A stretch of DNA of 64,000 bases from an uncultured Gammaproteobacteria bacterium (GTDB lineage: Bacteria; Patescibacteriota; Patescibacteriia; UBA1558; GWA2-36-10): positions 30,182 through 94,181 of the forward strand of contig CAZEWH010000002.1 of the NCBI GenBank assembly GCA_964515785.1, in the 5' to 3' direction. Positions 18,272 through 27,846 of the stretch are shown piece after piece (positions within the stretch are counted from its first letter, which is position 1; every line of letters starts with the position of its first letter). Both the position numbers and the translations under genes were made by a program. The notes under the pieces are model-generated. The model ran no database searches. It was not told the DNA's origin and saw nothing but the letters and a program-made list of their open reading frames with translations.

Positions 18272-19671
18272 TAAATAATTTTAAAGACAAAAAAGTTTTG
18301 GTCATGGGTCTAGGGCTCCAGGGCGGAGCTTTGTCAGTTGTAAAATGGCTCCTTAAAAATAAAGCTATTATTACTATTACTGATATCAAAAATAGACAGC
18401 AGCTAAAAGTCACGCTAGACAAAATAAAAAAATTGCCAAGATCAAAAACTATAAAATATACTCTAAATAAACATGATTTAGCAGATTTTGAAGATCAGGA
18501 TTTGATTGTCCAAAATCCTGGAGTACCCAAAGAATCAAAGTATCTTGCCAAAGCAAGGCGTTTGGGTATCCCGATTGTCAATGAAGCTGTCATGTTTTTT
18601 GGTTTGTATAAAGGAAAAGTAATTGGTGTCACCGGCACACGCGGCAAATCAACTACAACTACTTTGATTCATAAGATATTAAAAATTAAAATCAAGCATA
18701 ATCAATTAGCAGGCAATATTGCTGTTAACCCTATGCTCAAAGCTTTAGATACTCTGAAGCCAACTAGTTGGCCAGTAATTGAATTGTCTTCTTGGCATTT
18801 AGAAAATTTGGCAGAATATAATCGCTCTCCCCATATTGCTGTGATTACCAATGTAATGATGGATCATCTAAATAGATATAAAAATTTTAACGAATATAAA
18901 CAAGCTAAGATTTTTAATATTCAGCATCAAAAATCTTCTGACTATGCAGTGCTTAACGCTGACAATAAATATACCAAAAATTTTGGCAAATATACTAAAG
19001 CAAAAACTTATTATTTTTCTTTAACAAAAAAAGTAAAGGGCTGTTATTTACAAAATAATTTTATTTATTTTAATAATAAGCCAGTCATGTCTACTAATAA
19101 AATAAAATTATTAGGCCAACATAATTTAGCCAATATTTTAGCAGCAGTGACGGTCGCCAAAATAATTGGTATTTCTAATACTAATATTGCCAAAGCAATA
19201 AATAATTTTCGAGGCGTAGATTATAGATTGCAATATATCAAAAAATATAAGCACGCTAAAATATATAATGATTCTACTTCTACAACTCCAGATGCAGGCC
19301 GAGCTGCTTTGCTAGCAGTACCTGCCAAAACTATTTTGATCACTGGCGGAGTAGATAAAGGTCTAGATTATTCATCTATGACCAAAGCTATAAAACAAAA
19401 AGCAAGTCTAGTAATTATTTTGTCTGGTAGTGTTAGCAAAAAATTGTTGCCAGAATTAAATAAAATTAAATTTAATAAAAAAAATATTATTTCTAATATA
19501 AGCTCGCTTAATAAAGCTTGGCAACTAGCTAAGAAAAATTTGAGCGACAAAGACAAGAGTATTTTATTTTCGCCAGCTGGTGCTAGCTTTAATATGTTTG
19601 ATAATGAATTTGATCGTGCTCGTCAATTTGATAAATTAGTCAATGGTACGCAGAAGAAAAAAAAGAAATAA
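18268..19671 (+). CDS. murD: UDP-N-acetylmuramoyl-L-alanine--D-glutamate ligase
   Basis: GVTGTRGKSTTTTLI P-loop; Mur ligase middle and C-terminal domains. Confidence 0.9.
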   Translation: MINNFKDKKVLVMGLGLQGGALSVVKWLLKNKAIITITDIKNRQQLKVTLDKIKKLPRSKTIKYTLNKHDLADFEDQDLIVQNPGVPKESKYLAKARRLGIPIVNEAVMFFGLYKGKVIGVTGTRGKSTTTTLIHKILKIKIKHNQLAGNIAVNPMLKALDTLKPTSWPVIELSSWHLENLAEYNRSPHIAVITNVMMDHLNRYKNFNEYKQAKIFNIQHQKSSDYAVLNADNKYTKNFGKYTKAKTYYFSLTKKVKGCYLQNNFIYFNNKPVMSTNKIKLLGQHNLANILAAVTVAKIIGISNTNIAKAINNFRGVDYRLQYIKKYKHAKIYNDSTSTTPDAGRAALLAVPAKTILITGGVDKGLDYSSMTKAIKQKASLVIILSGSVSKKLLPELNKIKFNKKNIISNISSLNKAWQLAKKNLSDKDKSILFSPAGASFNMFDNEFDRARQFDKLVNGTQKKKKK

Positions 19672-20803
19672 TTTATTAGCTTGGCTACTAGAGCCTTTTA
19701 TTTACCGTCGTGGCTTGGTGCAACCGCCTGATATGGCTCTGCTTATTATCATTGGCTTGTTATTGTTTTTGGGTTTGGTTTTTTTATCTTCAGCTTCTTC
19801 TTCATTGGCTTTTTTTAGCTATGGCGATACCTATTATTTTGTCAAACAACAATTATTTGCAATTTTTGTTGGTTTGATCGTTTTTTATATTTTGTTAAGA
19901 ATAAACTATAAACATTATCAAAAGCTTACGCCATTATTATTGATTGTATCTATTATAGTTTTATTATTACCATTGTTTGGACCTTTGCAAGGTGAGTTTG
20001 GTACTGCTCAATCTTGGATTGTGATTGGTGGACATAGTTTTCAGACCAGTGAAATAGCCAAATTATTTTTTATTTTATATTTAGCTGGTACTTTAAGTAA
20101 AAAAGGTACAGCTATCAAAAGTTTCAAAAACGGTACTTTGCCATTTATAATCATATTAGGGATTATTAGCGCTTTGATTGTAATGCAGCCAGATATTGGT
20201 ACTTTGAGTATTGTGGCCTTGACATCTTTGGCTTTGTTTTTTGCAGCTGGTGCTAAATTAAGCCATGTTTTTGCTATTATTATGGCTGGTTTAGCTGGTT
20301 TTTTTGCCCTTATTAAGATGGCCTCTTATCGTTTAGCTCGTATTACTGCTTGGTTGGACCCCAATGCCGATCCACAGGGTATTGGTTATCAGATCAAACA
20401 ATCTTTGATAGCTATTGGCTCAGGTGGTTGGTTTGGTATGGGTTTGGGTAGTTCACGACAAAAGTCTTATTTACCACATCCGGCAAATGATTCTATTTTT
20501 GCTGTTATTGCTGAAGAAATTGGTTTTATTTTTACTATTCTATTTATTATTTTGTTTTTTATCTTGATGTACCGCGGTTTTATTATCGTCAAAAATTCTA
20601 ATGATAATTTTGCTAAATTGATAGCTTTGGGCATCACAATCTGGATTTCTATTCAGTTTTTTATAAATGTAGCTGGTATTATAAAACTTTTACCTTTGAC
20701 GGGTGTGCCATTGCCTTTTGTATCTTTGGGGGGATCCAATCTAGTAGCAACGCTAGCAGCTATGGGCATCTTGGCAAATATTTCTAGATTAGCTAAACAA
20801 TAA
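19643..20803 (+). CDS. ftsW: SEDS-family peptidoglycan glycosyltransferase FtsW/RodA. The true start is possibly downstream of the track start.
   Basis: 10-TM SEDS pattern and a conserved PLP(L/F)VS(Y/L)GGSS-like C-terminal motif (LPLTGVPLPFVSLGGSNL). Confidence 0.85.
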   Translation: MVRRRKKRNNLLAWLLEPFIYRRGLVQPPDMALLIIIGLLLFLGLVFLSSASSSLAFFSYGDTYYFVKQQLFAIFVGLIVFYILLRINYKHYQKLTPLLLIVSIIVLLLPLFGPLQGEFGTAQSWIVIGGHSFQTSEIAKLFFILYLAGTLSKKGTAIKSFKNGTLPFIIILGIISALIVMQPDIGTLSIVALTSLALFFAAGAKLSHVFAIIMAGLAGFFALIKMASYRLARITAWLDPNADPQGIGYQIKQSLIAIGSGGWFGMGLGSSRQKSYLPHPANDSIFAVIAEEIGFIFTILFIILFFILMYRGFIIVKNSNDNFAKLIALGITIWISIQFFINVAGIIKLLPLTGVPLPFVSLGGSNLVATLAAMGILANISRLAKQ

Positions 20804-20805
20804 TT

Positions 20806-21834
20806 ATGAAAACACGTAAACCAAAAATTCTATTAGTTGGTGGAGGGACCTTAGGGTCAGTTAGTCCACTTTTGGCTATTGCTCAAAAATGTGAAGCTGA
20901 TTATTTGTTTGTAGGATCTGAGACTGGCCCTGAAAAGAAAATAGTTGAAGCTCATAATATCGATTTTAAAACCATCAAGAGTGGTAAATTACGACGTTAT
21001 TGGTCATGGCAAAATTTTGTAGATCTTTTTAGAATTAGAATTGCTTTTTGGCAATCTATGCTTATTATTTTAAAATTTAAACCAGATATTATTTTGACAG
21101 CCGGTAGTTTTGTAGCAGTACCGATGGCTTGGGCTGGCAAGTTAATGTATGTACCTGTCATTGTCCATCAACAAGATATTGTAGTTGGTCTAGCCAATAA
21201 ACTTATGGCGCCCTTTGCAAAAAAAATTACAGTTTCATTTCCACAACAACAAACAGATTTTAAGCGTAAAAAAGTAGTAGTAACTGGCAACCCAGTTCGT
21301 AGTTTAGAAACCAATGTCATAGAATATCGCCCGATCGTTGTGATCACTGGTGGCGGACAAGGTGCACGTGGTATGAATGAATTTATTATGCAATTTATTC
21401 CTAAGTTGACTGAGCATTATGAGGTACATCATATTTTGGGACATAATAATTATGATCAAAAACTTAATTTAGAAAATTATTTTGCTTATAAAGAAGTGGC
21501 AGGAAGTATGATGACTCTATTGGCTCGCTCTGAGATTATTATTTCTCGGGCCGGTATGTCGCTAATTACTGAAGCAGCCTCACTCAAAAAAGCTTTAGTA
21601 TTGATTCCTATGCCTGATAGTCATCAGGAGCGCAATGCAGCCTTTTTTGCCAAGAATAATGCGGCTATTATGGTCAAACAAGGTTCTGATAAGATTATGG
21701 AGCGCTATCTAGACAAATTGATACAAGGTGCTAATCTAAGAAAAGCTTTAGCAGAGAATTTATATAATCTTTACCCACATAATGCAGTTAATGACTATAT
21801 TATATTGATTAATAAAATATTAGGTAGAAAATGA
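20806..21834 (+). CDS. murG: Undecaprenyldiphospho-muramoylpentapeptide beta-N-acetylglucosaminyltransferase
   Basis: KILLVGGGTLGSVSPLLAIA N-terminal G-loop; GT28 architecture. Confidence 0.9.
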   Translation: MKTRKPKILLVGGGTLGSVSPLLAIAQKCEADYLFVGSETGPEKKIVEAHNIDFKTIKSGKLRRYWSWQNFVDLFRIRIAFWQSMLIILKFKPDIILTAGSFVAVPMAWAGKLMYVPVIVHQQDIVVGLANKLMAPFAKKITVSFPQQQTDFKRKKVVVTGNPVRSLETNVIEYRPIVVITGGGQGARGMNEFIMQFIPKLTEHYEVHHILGHNNYDQKLNLENYFAYKEVAGSMMTLLARSEIIISRAGMSLITEAASLKKALVLIPMPDSHQERNAAFFAKNNAAIMVKQGSDKIMERYLDKLIQGANLRKALAENLYNLYPHNAVNDYIILINKILGRK

Positions 21835-23198
21835 AGCTAGATTTTGACCAAATAAATAAAGTCTATTTAGCAGGTATTGGTGGCATTGGTTTGTCAGCAA
21901 TAGCTTATTATTTTTTGAATCTAGAAAAACAAGTTCTTGGATCTGATTTATTAGAAACTGAGATTACGCAAAGACTGACAGAAAAACATGTAGATATTTT
22001 TTTCCAACAAGTTGCTAAAAATTTGACAGCAGATATTGATTTGTTTATTTATTCTTCTGCTTTACCGGCTGACCATCCAGAAATAGCTAGGGCTCGGGAA
22101 ATGAAGATCCCAGTATTTAGTTATTTTGAATTTCTTGGCTTGTTGAGTAAGCAATACAAAACTATTGCTGTGACTGGTACCAACGGCAAAACAAGTGTGA
22201 CTGCTATGCTAGGACTGGCTTTGGAAAAAGCTGGGCTTGATCCAACAGTAATTGTCGGCAGTCTAGTACCTGCTTGGAATAGTAATTTTCGTTTGGGCAA
22301 ATCCAATATCTTAGTAGTCGAGGCTTGTGAATGGCAAGCTCATATGTTGGAAATAGATCCAAACATAATTGTCTTGACTAATATTGCTGAAGATCATTTA
22401 GATTTTTATAAAAATCTTGATGATATCAAGAATCATTTTCAAAAGTTTGTAGATAAATTACCTCAAGATGGTATTTTGTTTAAAAACATAGACGATGTAA
22501 ATAGTATTGATATAAAATCTAAAACTAAAATTATAAGTTTTGCTAAAGACAAACAAGCTGATTATTATTTTGATAATTTAGAAATCAGTAAAGCTGAACA
22601 AAAGTTTGATATATTTAAACATCAAGAATTATTTAATAATTTTAGTATAATTATTCCTGGTGAATATAATATTTATAATGCATTAGCTTGCGTTGCAGTA
22701 GCTGACACAGTCGGCGCTAATAAACATCAGATTTGGAATAGCTTGCATGAGTTTAATGGTACTTGGCGGCGTTTTGAAACTTTAGGTGAATACAAATCTA
22801 ATCTTGTAATTTCTGATTATGCTCATCATCCTGATTCTATCAAAGGCTTGCTCAAAGCCACTAAAGACTTTTATCCTGACAAAAAATTGATTGCAATTTT
22901 TCAGCCACATCATCACAATCGGACTCAGACTTTGTTGGATGATTTTGCTCTTAGTTTTGATTTAGCTGATCAAGCTATTATCTCTGAGATTTATCAGGTC
23001 TCTGGTCGTGAGGATCAAAAACACGAAGATGTATCTAGTAAAGATTTGGTAGATAAAATAAAAAACACCAAAGCTTGGTATGCCAAAGACTTTGCTGAAG
23101 TAAAAAATGTTTTTAAAAAAACAAATCCCGTTGATTCTGTGCTATTATTCATCGGAGCAGGGGATATAGATGATTTAGCTAGAGAATTAGTGAAATAA
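21831..23198 (+). CDS. murC: UDP-N-acetylmuramate--L-alanine ligase
   Basis: VYLAGIGGIGLSAIA and IAVTGTNGKTSVTAML motifs. Confidence 0.9.
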   Translation: MKLDFDQINKVYLAGIGGIGLSAIAYYFLNLEKQVLGSDLLETEITQRLTEKHVDIFFQQVAKNLTADIDLFIYSSALPADHPEIARAREMKIPVFSYFEFLGLLSKQYKTIAVTGTNGKTSVTAMLGLALEKAGLDPTVIVGSLVPAWNSNFRLGKSNILVVEACEWQAHMLEIDPNIIVLTNIAEDHLDFYKNLDDIKNHFQKFVDKLPQDGILFKNIDDVNSIDIKSKTKIISFAKDKQADYYFDNLEISKAEQKFDIFKHQELFNNFSIIIPGEYNIYNALACVAVADTVGANKHQIWNSLHEFNGTWRRFETLGEYKSNLVISDYAHHPDSIKGLLKATKDFYPDKKLIAIFQPHHHNRTQTLLDDFALSFDLADQAIISEIYQVSGREDQKHEDVSSKDLVDKIKNTKAWYAKDFAEVKNVFKKTNPVDSVLLFIGAGDIDDLARELVK

Positions 23199-23202
23199 AT
23201 TT

Positions 23203-23808
23203 ATGAGTAAAAGAATTTGTATTTGGGGGGATAGTATTGTTTATGGTGGTGGTGATGTAGAAGAAGGTGGTTGGGTAAATAGACTAGCATTATATTTACG
23301 CAGAGAAGATCGTGACCATCGAGTTTATAATTTGGGTATTTCTGGTGAAATTACAACTGAGACCTTGGTAAGGTTTGAAGTAGAAGCAGCTGCTAGAGAT
23401 TTGGAGCAGGTAGTTTTTGCAATAGGTATAAATGACACCCAACACCTAGTTGCAGAAAATGAGACAAGAGTATTATTAAATGATTTTTCTAATAATATAA
23501 AAGAGCTTATTACAAAAGCTAGAAAATTTTCTAACAAAATAACATTTATAAATTTGACTCCAGTTGACGAAGATAAAACCAATCCGATTCCTTGGCACAC
23601 AAACAGAAGTTATAATAATGAGAGAATAGAAAATTATAATAAGGAGTTAGAAAAAATTTGTCAGAAAGAAAAAATAGAGCATATTGATATTTATAGTAAA
23701 TTTTTAGAAAAAGATGATTATAAAATTTTATTATTTGATGGACTCCATCCCAACGCTGAAGGGCATCAATTAATTTTTGAAGTAGTAAAAGATAATTTGA
23801 AACTATAA
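23203..23808 (+). CDS. SGNH/GDSL-family hydrolase (esterase/lipase-like)
   Basis: ICIWGDSIVYGG (GDS block), GINDT (block III) and DGLHP (block V, catalytic His). Confidence 0.75.
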   Translation: MSKRICIWGDSIVYGGGDVEEGGWVNRLALYLRREDRDHRVYNLGISGEITTETLVRFEVEAAARDLEQVVFAIGINDTQHLVAENETRVLLNDFSNNIKELITKARKFSNKITFINLTPVDEDKTNPIPWHTNRSYNNERIENYNKELEKICQKEKIEHIDIYSKFLEKDDYKILLFDGLHPNAEGHQLIFEVVKDNLKL

Positions 23809-23809
23809 T

Positions 23810-24586
23810 ATGGAAAAAATATTTATAAAAAATAGAAATAATAAGAAACTGTGTGTTTTGTTAGAAAAATCTGACAAGCAAGTAGGCTTGGTTTTTATTG
23901 AACATGGTTTAGGAGGATTTAAAGAACAAAAACATATCCAAGTAATGGCTGATAGTTTTAAAGAAGCTGGTTATACTGTGGTTAGATTTGATACAACTAG
24001 TACTTTAGGGGATAGTGAAGGAAGCTATGAAGATGCTACACTGACAAATTATTATGAAGATCTAGAAGATGTCATCAAATGGGCTAGTGAACAATCATGG
24101 TATCAAGAACCATTTGTGTTAGCAGGGCATAGTTTGGGTAGTTTTAGTATAATTCTATATACTCAAAAGCATCTTAACAAAGTTAAAGCACTGGCTCCAA
24201 CTTCAACTGTAATTTCTGGTAAAATAAGTAATCAAAGATACGATAAAAATAAAGTCAAAGAGTGGGAAGAAACAGGTTGGCGGATTGAACAAAGTGCTTC
24301 TAAGCCAGGAGTTGTAAAAAAGTTAAAATGGCCAAATTTTAGAGATGATATCATTAAATATGATGTATTGCCAGAAGCTCACAAGATTACTCAGCCGATT
24401 TTATTGATTACTGGCAGCAAGGATTATGGTACACCTTACGAAGATCAGAAGTTGCTCTATGATAAAGTATCTGGTGATAAAGAACTGCATGTTATAGAAG
24501 GCTCTGGTCATAATTTTAGAACACCAGAACACTTACAAGAGCTACGAGAGTATTTTGATAATTGGATTAAAAATAAATTAAAATAA
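23810..24586 (+). CDS. Alpha/beta-fold hydrolase (dienelactone-hydrolase/esterase-like), paralog 1
   Basis: GHSLG nucleophile elbow; C-terminal D and H (GSGHNF). Confidence 0.7.
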   Translation: MEKIFIKNRNNKKLCVLLEKSDKQVGLVFIEHGLGGFKEQKHIQVMADSFKEAGYTVVRFDTTSTLGDSEGSYEDATLTNYYEDLEDVIKWASEQSWYQEPFVLAGHSLGSFSIILYTQKHLNKVKALAPTSTVISGKISNQRYDKNKVKEWEETGWRIEQSASKPGVVKKLKWPNFRDDIIKYDVLPEAHKITQPILLITGSKDYGTPYEDQKLLYDKVSGDKELHVIEGSGHNFRTPEHLQELREYFDNWIKNKLK

Positions 24587-24591
24587 ATAAT

Positions 24592-25371
24592 ATGGAAAAA
24601 CTTTTTATTGACAATAGACATGGAAACAAACTATCTGTTTTGGTAGAACAACCTGAAATAAAAGCTAAGGGTTTGGCTTTTGTGATGCACGGTTTGAGTG
24701 CTCATAAAGAGCAAGTAAGTAAACAAGCCATGGTTGATGTTTTATTGGTGCATGGTTATACAACTGTCCGTTTTGATACTACCAATACTTTTGGAGAAAG
24801 TGATGGAGATTATGCAGCAGCGACCCTGACAAATTATTATGAAGATCTAGAAGATGTCATAAAATGGGCTAGTGAGCAAGATTGGTACCAAGAGCCATTT
24901 GTATTAGCAGGGCGTAGCTTGGGTTCTATTAGTATTGTTTTATATACAATCAATAATCCTGACAAAGTCAAAGCTTTGGTACCGACTTCTTGTATAGTAA
25001 TAGGCTCTGTCATCAATCAAAGATATGAAGGTGCTAGTAGAGAAGATTGGGAAGCATCTGGCTGGGAAATAGAGCCTGGCTTTGACAAACCTGATTTTAT
25101 CAATAGATTGGATTGGGAAAATTTTAGTACTGATCTGGCAAAATATGATATTTTATCAGAAGCTCATAAAATTACGCAGCCGGTTTTGTTGGTGACTGGT
25201 GCCAATGACTTGGTGACTACACCAGCTGATCAACAAGCTTTTCATGATAAACTGCAAGGTGATCGCGAATTGCATATTTTGGAAAATTGCGGCCATAGTT
25301 TTGATGGTCATTTTGTTTTAGAAGAATTTAAAAAGATTCTTGACAAATGGTTGAGAAATAAAGTCAAATAA
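24592..25371 (+). CDS. Alpha/beta-fold hydrolase, tandem paralog 2
   Basis: About 50% identical to the previous gene (ATLTNYYEDLEDVIKWASEQ.WYQEPFVLAG.SLGS conserved). GRSLG elbow; CGHSF. Confidence 0.7.
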   Translation: MEKLFIDNRHGNKLSVLVEQPEIKAKGLAFVMHGLSAHKEQVSKQAMVDVLLVHGYTTVRFDTTNTFGESDGDYAAATLTNYYEDLEDVIKWASEQDWYQEPFVLAGRSLGSISIVLYTINNPDKVKALVPTSCIVIGSVINQRYEGASREDWEASGWEIEPGFDKPDFINRLDWENFSTDLAKYDILSEAHKITQPVLLVTGANDLVTTPADQQAFHDKLQGDRELHILENCGHSFDGHFVLEEFKKILDKWLRNKVK

Positions 25372-25372
25372 A

Positions 25373-26293
25373 ATGAAATTACAAAAAAATATACAACTCA
25401 AAGATTATACTACTTTCAAGATAGGCGGGCCGGCTCAGTTTTTTGTTGAAGCTAATAGTATTGATGATGTCAAAGAAGCTCTTGATTATGCAAAAAATAA
25501 TAATCTCAAAATTTTGATATTAGGCGGCGGCAGTAATTTGCTTATTGCAGATTATGGTTTTGCTGGTTTGGTATTAAAATTAAATCTAATCAAACTTGAG
25601 TTTGATAAAAATATAATAACTATTGGTGCTGGTGTACAACTAGCCTTGTTGTTGGACGAAGCTTTGAACAAAAAATTAACTGGTCTAGAATTTGTGGCTG
25701 GCATTCCTGGCACAGTCGGAGGAGCAGTCAGGGGCAATGCTGGTACTTATGGATTGGGTATAGCTGATGTTGTACAAAATATAATTTATCTAGATGAAGA
25801 TAATGAAATTAAAACTATGGATGCCAAGCAAGCTAAATTTGCTTATCGTCATAGTATTTTTAAAGAAAAAAAATATATTATTTTGGAAACAAGTATAAAA
25901 TTAGAATCTGGTGATGCAGCAGCTGCCAGAGCTCTGATCCAAGAAAGATTGCAATATCGCAAAGATACTCAACCAAACCAAGCATCAGCTGGCTGTACTT
26001 TTAAAAATGTTTTATTTAAAGATGTAGATTTGGTTGATTTAAAGAAAAAAGGCTTAGATCTTGATAAATTTTCCAAATTTGAAAAAATTCCAGTAGGATT
26101 TTTGATAGAACAAGCCAATCTTAAGGGTCACAAGATAGGTGGCGCTGAGATTTCTAAGCTTCATGCTAATTATATAGTTAATACTGGAAATGCTAGTGCT
26201 GATGATGTAGTAATGCTTATTAGCTTTATCAAGCAACAAATTCGGGATAAATACGGTATTCAATTGCAAGAAGAAATTCAGATTATCGCCTAA
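25373..26293 (+). CDS. murB: UDP-N-acetylenolpyruvoylglucosamine reductase
   Basis: LKDYTTFKIGGPA ... ILGGGSNLL FAD-binding N-terminus; C-terminal MurB domain. Confidence 0.85.
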   Translation: MKLQKNIQLKDYTTFKIGGPAQFFVEANSIDDVKEALDYAKNNNLKILILGGGSNLLIADYGFAGLVLKLNLIKLEFDKNIITIGAGVQLALLLDEALNKKLTGLEFVAGIPGTVGGAVRGNAGTYGLGIADVVQNIIYLDEDNEIKTMDAKQAKFAYRHSIFKEKKYIILETSIKLESGDAAAARALIQERLQYRKDTQPNQASAGCTFKNVLFKDVDLVDLKKKGLDLDKFSKFEKIPVGFLIEQANLKGHKIGGAEISKLHANYIVNTGNASADDVVMLISFIKQQIRDKYGIQLQEEIQIIA

Positions 26294-26393
26294 AAATAGG
26301 GATAAATAACGATTTATAGTGAATAAAAAATAGCTATTGCCCGCCTTCGCTAAAGCTACGGTGGGCAACATTCGTAGCCTTTGGCGTAGAATG

Positions 26394-26421
26394 TTGACAA
26401 AACAAAAAAAATCTGTATAAT
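26394..26421 (+). promoter_or_regulatory. Consensus sigma70-type promoter TTGACA-N16-TATAAT upstream of infA
   Basis: Exact TTGACA (26394-26399) and TATAAT (26416-26421), about 100 nt upstream of the infA ATG. Confidence 0.5.
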
Positions 26422-26524
26422 ATAGGGGAGCTTATTTTTAAGAGATCTATTAGTAATTTTATCTAATTTAAGCTTAATTCTTATATAATTATAGATTATA
26501 TAAAGAATTTTAGTTTTTGTATAA

Positions 26525-26761
26525 ATGAGTGAAAACGAATCAAAAGTAAACAAAAAAGGATTTTTAGAAACGGAGGGTGAGGTAATAGAGTTATTACCTA
26601 ATGCTTCTTTTAAAGTCATGTTAGACAATGAAGTAGAAATCCTAGCTCATTTGTCTGGTAAAATGCGTATGTACAAAATCCGTATTTTACCTGGTGACAG
26701 AGTCACTGTAGAAATTAGTCCTTATGATATGACTAAGGGTAGAATTACTTATCGTAAATGA
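26525..26761 (+). CDS. infA: Translation initiation factor IF-1
   Basis: S1-like OB fold; [16 protein letters not shown]...EISPYD signature. Confidence 0.9.
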   Translation: MSENESKVNKKGFLETEGEVIELLPNASFKVMLDNEVEILAHLSGKMRMYKIRILPGDRVTVEISPYDMTKGRITYRK

Positions 26762-26847
26762 CGTAGTCATCCTGAGCGAAGTCGAAGGATCTAGCTAGAT
26801 TTCTCCACTCACTTTGTTTGGTCGAAATGACAAAAATGAAAAACTAT

Positions 26848-26961
26848 ATGAAAGTTCGAGCATCAGTTAAAAAAATGTGTAAAGATTGTAAAATAATCCG
26901 ACGTAAAAATCGGGTTGTTTGTATATGTAAAAATCCTAAACATAAACAAAGACAAGGCTAA
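26848..26961 (+). CDS. rpmJ: 50S ribosomal protein L36 (37 aa). Not in the ORF track because it is under 60 aa.
   Basis: Hand translation gives [37 protein letters not shown] with the Zn-ribbon C-x2-C...C-x-C pattern. Canonical position between infA and rpsM. Confidence 0.85.
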   Translation: MKVRASVKKMCKDCKIIRRKNRVVCICKNPKHKQRQG

Positions 26962-26967
26962 ATCAGT

Positions 26968-27046
26968 AACAAGTATAAAGTAAAAAGTAAAATATTTAAA
27001 AATAAATTAACTAACTTTCTACTTTATACTTTAAACTTTTTACTAA
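26968..27046 (+). promoter_or_regulatory. AT-rich long inverted repeat in the rpsM leader; candidate translational-feedback structure for the alpha operon
   Basis: aagtataaagtaaaaagt (about 26970) pairs with actttttac...tttatactt (about 27017-27045). Confidence 0.25.
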
Positions 27047-27052
27047 AAACAT

Positions 27053-27442
27053 ATGGCAAGAATTTCAGGTGTAAACATTCCCAATGACAAGAGAGTAGAA
27101 ATATCATTGACTTATATTCATGGTATTGGTTTAGCTACTGCTCAAAAACTTTTACGTGAGTTAAATATTGACTTTAATACTCGTGTCAAAGATTTGTCTG
27201 ATGAAGATGTCAATAAATTAAGAGTAAGAATTGAAAAAGATATTTATGTTGAGGGTACTTTGCGTCGCAATAAAGCCGCCAATATAAAACGTCTTAAAGA
27301 AATTCGTTCTTATCGTGGTAGTAGACATAGTCGTGCTTTACCAGCTCGTGGCCAACGTAGTAAGACCAACTCCCGTACAGTTCGTGGTAACAAACGTGTG
27401 ACTATGGGTAGTGGTAAAGTTTCAGCCGCTCAAAAGACCTAA
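27053..27442 (+). CDS. rpsM: 30S ribosomal protein S13
   Basis: [26 protein letters not shown]. Confidence 0.95.
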   Translation: MARISGVNIPNDKRVEISLTYIHGIGLATAQKLLRELNIDFNTRVKDLSDEDVNKLRVRIEKDIYVEGTLRRNKAANIKRLKEIRSYRGSRHSRALPARGQRSKTNSRTVRGNKRVTMGSGKVSAAQKT

Positions 27443-27456
27443 TCTGATATTTAGAT

Positions 27457-27840
27457 ATGAAAAAAGTTAAATCAAAAAAGAAAGTAAAGAAAACAATCAA
27501 AAAAGGTAGAGCTACTATCAAAGCTACTTATAATAATACGATTGTGTCTATTGCAGATCAACAAGGCAATGTCCTAGCTTGGTCTTCAGCTGGAGTTAAT
27601 GGTTTTAAAGGACCAAAAAAAGCTACTCCATATGCAGCTGGTGTTATTGTTCGTAATATAGCGGAAAAAGTAAAAGATTTTGGTATAGAAGAAGTCGAGG
27701 TCTTTGTAAAAGGAGTCGGCGCCGGTCGAGAAGCCGCTGTCCGTGCTTTGCATGGCAATGGTATCAAAGTATCATCTATCAAAGACATGACCCCAATTCC
27801 ACATGGTGGATGTCGTCCTAAAAAAACTAGAAGAGTATAA
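27457..27840 (+). CDS. rpsK: 30S ribosomal protein S11
   Basis: ATYNNTIVSIADQQGNVLAWSSAG ... PHGGCRPKK. Confidence 0.95.
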   Translation: MKKVKSKKKVKKTIKKGRATIKATYNNTIVSIADQQGNVLAWSSAGVNGFKGPKKATPYAAGVIVRNIAEKVKDFGIEEVEVFVKGVGAGREAAVRALHGNGIKVSSIKDMTPIPHGGCRPKKTRRV

Positions 27841-27846
27841 AAATAT

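Noticed and set aside
19643-19732. ftsW N-terminal 30 codons (MVRRRKKRNN...) overlapping the murD 3' end as a real extension
   Set aside because: The segment is A-rich, low-complexity, and overlaps the murD stop region. A downstream Met just before the first TM helix is a more plausible start. The gene itself is kept, with start flagged as uncertain.
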